Below, piece after piece: positions 45,456 to 50,962 of a stretch of 50,962 nucleotides of DNA (the first letter of the stretch is position 1; the number at the start of each line of letters is the position of its first letter). Location: NCBI RefSeq assembly GCF_001194135.2, contig NC_069009.1:3833572-3884533 (forward strand), read 5' to 3'. The position numbers were made by a program, and so were the translations under genes. This DNA is from Octopus bimaculoides. Its lineage: Eukaryota. The notes under the pieces are model-generated. The model was not told where the DNA came from. It searched no databases and was given only the letters and a program-made list of their open reading frames with translations.

Positions 45456-47593
45456 NNNNNNNNNNNNNNNNNNNNNNNNNNNNNNNNNNNNNNNNNNNNN
45501 NNNNNNNNNNNNNNNNNNNNNNNNNNNNNNNNNNNNNNNNNNNNNNNNNNNNNNNNNNNNNNNNNNNNNNNNNNNNNNNNNNNNNNNNNNNNNNNNNNNN
45601 NNNNNNNNNNNNNNNNNNNNNNNNNNNNNNNNNNNNNNNNNNNNNNNNNNNNNNNNNNNNNNNNNNNNNNNNNNNNNNNNNNNNNNNNNNNNNNNNNNNN
45701 NNNNNNNNNNNNNNNNNNNNNNNNNNNNNNNNNNNNNNNNNNNNNNNNNNNNNNNNNNNNNNNNNNNNNNNNNNNNNNNNNNNNNNNNNNNNNNNNNNNN
45801 NNNNNNNNNNNNNNNNNNNNNNNNNNNNNNNNNNNNNNNNNNNNNNNNNNNNNNNNNNNNNNNNNNNNNNNNNNNNNNNNNNNNNNNNNNNNNNNNNNNN
45901 NNNNNNNNNNNNNNNNNNNNNNNNNNNNNNNNNNNNNNNNNNNNNNNNNNNNNNNNNNNNNNNNNNNNNNNNNNNNNNNNNNNNNNNNNNNNNNNNNNNN
46001 NNNNNNNNNNNNNNNNNNNNNNNNNNNNNNNNNNNNNNNNNNNNNNNNNNNNNNNNNNNNNNNNNNNNNNNNNNNNNNNNNNNNNNNNNNNNNNNNNNNN
46101 NNNNNNNNNNNNNNNNNNNNNNNNNNNNNNNNNNNNNNNNNNNNNNNNNNNNNNNNNNNNNNNNNNNNNNNNNNNNNNNNNNNNNNNNNNNNNNNNNNNN
46201 NNNNNNNNNNNNNNNNNNNNNNNNNNNNNNNNNNNNNNNNNNNNNNNNNNNNNNNNNNNNNNNNNNNNNNNNNNNNNTGTTTATTGCTCCTGAGCATCTG
46301 CCACATACAATATATATAATATATATATATACACACGTATCCATACATACATACATATACAAATATATATATATTTGTATACGTGTATATGAGTCTATAT
46401 GTATGTATACATGTGTGTGTGTGTGTGTGTATATATCATCACCATCATCAACATAATTTAACTTCCATTGTCCCATGCTGGTATGAGTTGGATTGGTTTG
46501 ACCAGGGCTGTTAACACCACTGTTAACATCATCACCACCACTACCATCACCAGCAACACCAGTATCACTTCCCATCACTCATCAACACAAAAACCACCAC
46601 CACTATCACATTCACCACTATCATAATTACCACTACCACTACCATCTTGACAACCACCACATCTACAGCACCCTCTACTATAACTCTAACACTAACATCT
46701 TGATTAATCCCCAAATGAAACTCAATCTGATGCCTCTACAAATCTTTTATTGCAGTGAAACCAGCCAGTTTTTCTGACCACCCCTCCAGAACTCCTTTTT
46801 CCTGGCATTGAAGCTACAGATTTTGGACGGACATAGTGAGCACATTTACAGTGGTAAGACTTGTTCTTCTTGCTGTCAAATACCCACTTTCTTCCAATCT
46901 AGAAAGGGGAAAATAAATCCCTTTTATCTCTGATACACAAATATGTTTGGATATATTAATCCCCATTTTGTGGATATAACGTCTTTGTTTACCAGATATA
47001 CACAAACCAGCTTTTTCTTCCTCATACAAAATGCAGTTTTCATAATACTTGTTCTTCTTGCTATCAAATAAACTGTTTCCAATCCCACAAAACCTTGCTT
47101 CTGGAGTCAAAAATTTACCCACTTCTTTTTTTTTTTTTTTTAGTCTCTGATACACAATTCTGCCTGGATATACAACTTCATCTTGTGGATATGCTGTTTT
47201 TTTTTTTTTCCTGCTGGATTTACTCATCCTGTTTCTTCTGATAAATTGTATGGAAAGTATAACCCTGTCTTCCAGAGGACAAAATAACATTCTTTCATCT
47301 GGAGAAAAAAAAACCCCCCAAAAAAACAAACATCTTTTATACTCAACACCCAACATCTAATTTTTTTCTGGATATACCAACACATTTCATGGACATACTA
47401 TCATTTGTAACAAATATATAATTTGTTCTTCAAGCAGGATATGCAGACTAATGTGTTTGCAGAAAAACTAATACTGTTATGTAATATACCTCTCGCAGTT
47501 TCACATTTCCTTCACCCATACAAACATATCTTTCGTTCCAGGCATACAGTTCTGTTTAAATATACAACCTTTTGTATATCCTGAAGGAACTGT

Positions 47594-47628
<35 letters not shown>

Positions 47629-48128
47629 TCAAATCTGTTTTAATATTACCTTGTTTTGCCTGTGATCATCTGAGGTTAAACAAAACATCAGCATCAACAT
47701 CCTACATACCTACATTAATATAAAATTTCATCATAATCTTTGAAACATTAACATTTGGGACACCATGAGAGACTTTTTCACCATATATTTCAAGTTGAAT
47801 TCTTCAGATCTTTTAGAGAAATCAACCAGACAGCATCGGTTCCATTGTGGATCGAAATGACATTTAGTAAGAAACCCAACCAAACAAAAACACATCAATT
47901 TTAGATTTTGCTTTAGTTTAAACAAAGTCGAATTAACATTCCTCAGGATGCTGACTTTATTACCCATGATACTTGTGCCATTTTCACTGGCGAACACTTA
48001 AATGCAATCCATTTATAATTTTCAATCAATGTAAAGCAAGCATAGGGCAAAGAAATACCTTACCGACTTTGTCAGACGAGGCTGCTTTGACAGCCACATC
48101 CGTCTGAACATTTGGATCCATTGACGCG

Positions 48129-49232
48129 ATGCACACTGAAGTATACACACATGCGTCGTATTCGTATTACTCGGAACCTCAGTATGTTCTTGCTTTGAAG
48201 ATCATTTCATTGGCTCTGATCATATTCACCGGTATTCTTGGCAACAGCATGGTTGTCTACACAATAATCAGAGACAAACGCTTACACCGGCCACCATTTT
48301 ATTACCTGGTCAGTCTGGCCATGTCAGATTTAGCTCGATCAGTGTTTTGCCTGCCTTTTGTATTAACCACTGTAATCCAGGGTTATGTGTGGGTGTATGG
48401 CGAGAACGCATGTATCCTGGTTGGCTTCACAAACACTTTTTTTATCTACAGTTCTGCCGTAACCTTTCTCCTTATATCAGGTGACAGATATGTCGGTGTG
48501 GTACAGACTCGCTTTTATCGACGCAAATGTGGCGGCCTGCTGTCACTTGCGTTCATCGTGTTTGGATGGGGTGTAGCATTTTTAGTGTCTTTCCCACCTA
48601 TCTTTGGGCTAGGTAGCTACACATTTGTGCCAAGTGAAGCTCAGTGCACATATTCACACACACACTACAGGTCAAATGATACGCTCGTCTTTTTATTAGT
48701 GTTTACATTCATAATGAGCCTGTCGCTGCTTCTTTATTACCGGATACTAATGTTTTTAAGAAACCATCGCAAAATGTACCCATTTTTCCATCAGCCAGCA
48801 CGTAGTAACAACTGGACGTTTCTAGGACCCGGCGCCAATGGACAGGCTTTAGTGAACTGGTTAAATGGTTTTACTGGATTCAGGCAAAACCCTTGGCTTA
48901 ATCCTATAGCAGCTGGTTTTCAAATGCCCCCACGACAACTTGGACGGACAGTCAACTTAAAAGTTGTGAAAGGGGAACACCTCAGTCGACTGTTTTTCAC
49001 TGTTACCCTTGTTTTCGACATCCTATGGGTCCCATATTTGGTATTGTCTTACTGGCAGGTTTTCGAGGTTTCCCACCAGCTGTCATCGACTTTCATTGGT
49101 GTGGCAGCATGGTGCAGCTATCTTGCAGTTGCTGTCAACCCGTTAGTATATCTCTGCTGTAGTGGCACTTTACGGAGAGCCTTTCGCCCGGAAATAGAAA
49201 GTTATTCAAAACGAGGTACTCTTAGAGAATAA
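48129..49232 (+). CDS. Intronless class A GPCR of the SREB family (GPR85/GPR27/GPR173-like), 367 aa
   Basis: 7 hydrophobic segments; GN (TM1), LAMSD (TM2), DRY, FPP, WVPY, NPLVY; SREB signatures RDKRLHRPPFYYL, EAQCT..H..YRSND and NWTFLGPGANGQALVNWLNGF; in-frame stop 24 nt upstream of the ATG. Confidence 0.93.
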   Translation: MHTEVYTHASYSYYSEPQYVLALKIISLALIIFTGILGNSMVVYTIIRDKRLHRPPFYYLVSLAMSDLARSVFCLPFVLTTVIQGYVWVYGENACILVGFTNTFFIYSSAVTFLLISGDRYVGVVQTRFYRRKCGGLLSLAFIVFGWGVAFLVSFPPIFGLGSYTFVPSEAQCTYSHTHYRSNDTLVFLLVFTFIMSLSLLLYYRILMFLRNHRKMYPFFHQPARSNNWTFLGPGANGQALVNWLNGFTGFRQNPWLNPIAAGFQMPPRQLGRTVNLKVVKGEHLSRLFFTVTLVFDILWVPYLVLSYWQVFEVSHQLSSTFIGVAAWCSYLAVAVNPLVYLCCSGTLRRAFRPEIESYSKRGTLRE

Positions 49233-49549
49233 ATGGTATTGGAAATAGATTTTGAAGGTACTTGAAACGAAGCTGTGTAAGAGAATTAATAATGGTAAAA
49301 ATAATAATAACTGGAAATAGGAAAGGTTTCCATAATGAGCTATCGTCAGAAGAATTGTTGTGTTGGGTAATTAAAAAAGCTATTCAGAATGAAGTAGTAA
49401 GAGAGAGAATATATATATATGTATATATATATAGTATATAATTGGAAATGACATACCGTATGAAATCTGAAACTGGAAAACAGTGTAAAAGCTACTTAAG
49501 TGTGTATGTGTGTGTGTTCACATGTGCACATGCATATGGTAAATGAAAA

Positions 49550-49603
<54 letters not shown>

Positions 49604-50414
49604 TACGCATGCAAATATGTGTACAAATATGTGTTTTGGCTGACACATATGTGCATATATGTATGCTCAGGTGGTTATAGGAATGCTGCAGTAATTTATA
49701 TATATATATATTGATATTATATGAATGTGGATGTGTGACCTCATCTTGGAGGAATGTAAAAGAATGGAGCAGTGACATAAGAAATGGCAGTATGTGACAC
49801 AAAGTCAAGGTTTGTGAGCCAATAGAAATACGATTGATTTCAACCAGGATAACAGTTTGAGAAAGTGGTGAATAGTTGAGTTAGAGAGAAGAGCGCAGTG
49901 GAAGTGACTTCTTTGGGAAATGATTTACATAACGGGTTGGCCAGAGCAAGGATTTTGTGAATAATTTCATTACGGGTGGGGCGGGGCAGGGCAGGGTGCT
50001 GTTGTGGAACCTCTGTCCCCCGACCGATGCGAGGTGTCTCGTGGGTACTGGTGCCATACGAGAGCATTGCGGGTTTTGGCAAGGTTTTATAATACTGCTG
50101 TTATATGCAGGGACTGGGATAACTAAAAATGCATATGTAAGGGTTGGCATGTGCGCTGCAACCCGATACACGTAAATACACTCGGACGCATACACGGAAG
50201 CATGCGCATAGAACATATGCACATGAAAATAGACACACTCACAATAGATGCCAGACAGATTTTAAATTAATGCAAGTAGTATATACATGTATGTACATAT
50301 TGTCTATGTGTGTATATATTATGTATGTGTGAATGTTAGTATGGATGTCTGTGTACATATATATATATGTATATGAATATATATATATATATACACACGC
50401 ATGAGTAAATATAA

Positions 50415-50448
<34 letters not shown>

Positions 50449-50929
50449 ATATACATATGTATATGTGTGTGTGTGTGTATTCATTGGTTTCCTTGAACGG
50501 GTGGAATGTCCTCATTATCGAGGTAACAGTAGCTTGTTACTCTGGAGTTATGCCCCTTGTTATCACAGGCGGTGACAAGATTTAAGGGGAAAAAGTTGTA
50601 GGATCTACATACATACATGCATACGTATATATATATATATATATACATACGCATATATATATATATATAATATAGGTGTGTGTTTTTTCTTTTAAAAATG
50701 CTGCTAGAATGCAAATGAAGCTGTTAACTAATGGCTCCATAAACTATCAGACAAAATACTCCTTAAATGGGAAAAGGGGGGAAAAAAGTAGACAGAATAA
50801 GCTACAAGAATCGAACCACATGTCTGCTGTATATTGTATATATTCTGTATGTGTACATACATACATACTACACACATAGCCACACACACATATACATGTA
50901 TGTAATTCAATTTTTTATGTGTATGTATG

Positions 50930-50962
<33 letters not shown>

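Noticed and set aside
46814-47356. 180-aa minus-strand ORF
   Set aside because: No recognisable domain; overlaps degenerate ggata(ta)-containing repeats and homopolymer runs; probably non-coding sequence upstream of the GPCR

Overview
AT-rich, microsatellite- and retroposon-dense eukaryotic scaffold with many N gaps. The repeat content points to an octopus (cephalopod) genome; this is an inference. Four protein-coding genes could be reconstructed by hand with consistent GT-AG splice phases. (1) AATF/Che-1/BFR2 on the minus strand: 7 coding exons from 13769 down to 1120, continuing off the left edge. (2) MRPS21 on the minus strand: 2 coding exons, 87 aa, absent from the ORF track. (3) NUP62 on the plus strand: 9 visible coding exons at 22791-32189, one starting inside a gap, head-to-head with MRPS21 across a very short ETS-rich promoter near 20.7 kb. 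(4) An intronless SREB-family (GPR85/GPR27/GPR173-like) GPCR at 48129-49232. The rest is at least three tRNA-derived SINE families, 5'-truncated RTE, CR1 and RLE-type LINE ends, mariner/maT/MULE-type DNA transposon remnants, a dispersed ~150-bp tandem-array family and microsatellites. Top findings: an invertebrate SREB receptor that keeps canonical DRY/NPxxY motifs; a cluster of minimal type I hammerhead ribozyme motifs from two sequence families at 40.3-43.4 kb; the MRPS21/NUP62 bidirectional promoter; and two long hairpins. Most ORF-track entries are repeat or gap artefacts. Gene identifications rest on recalled family sequences, not database searches. Repeat boundaries are approximate.
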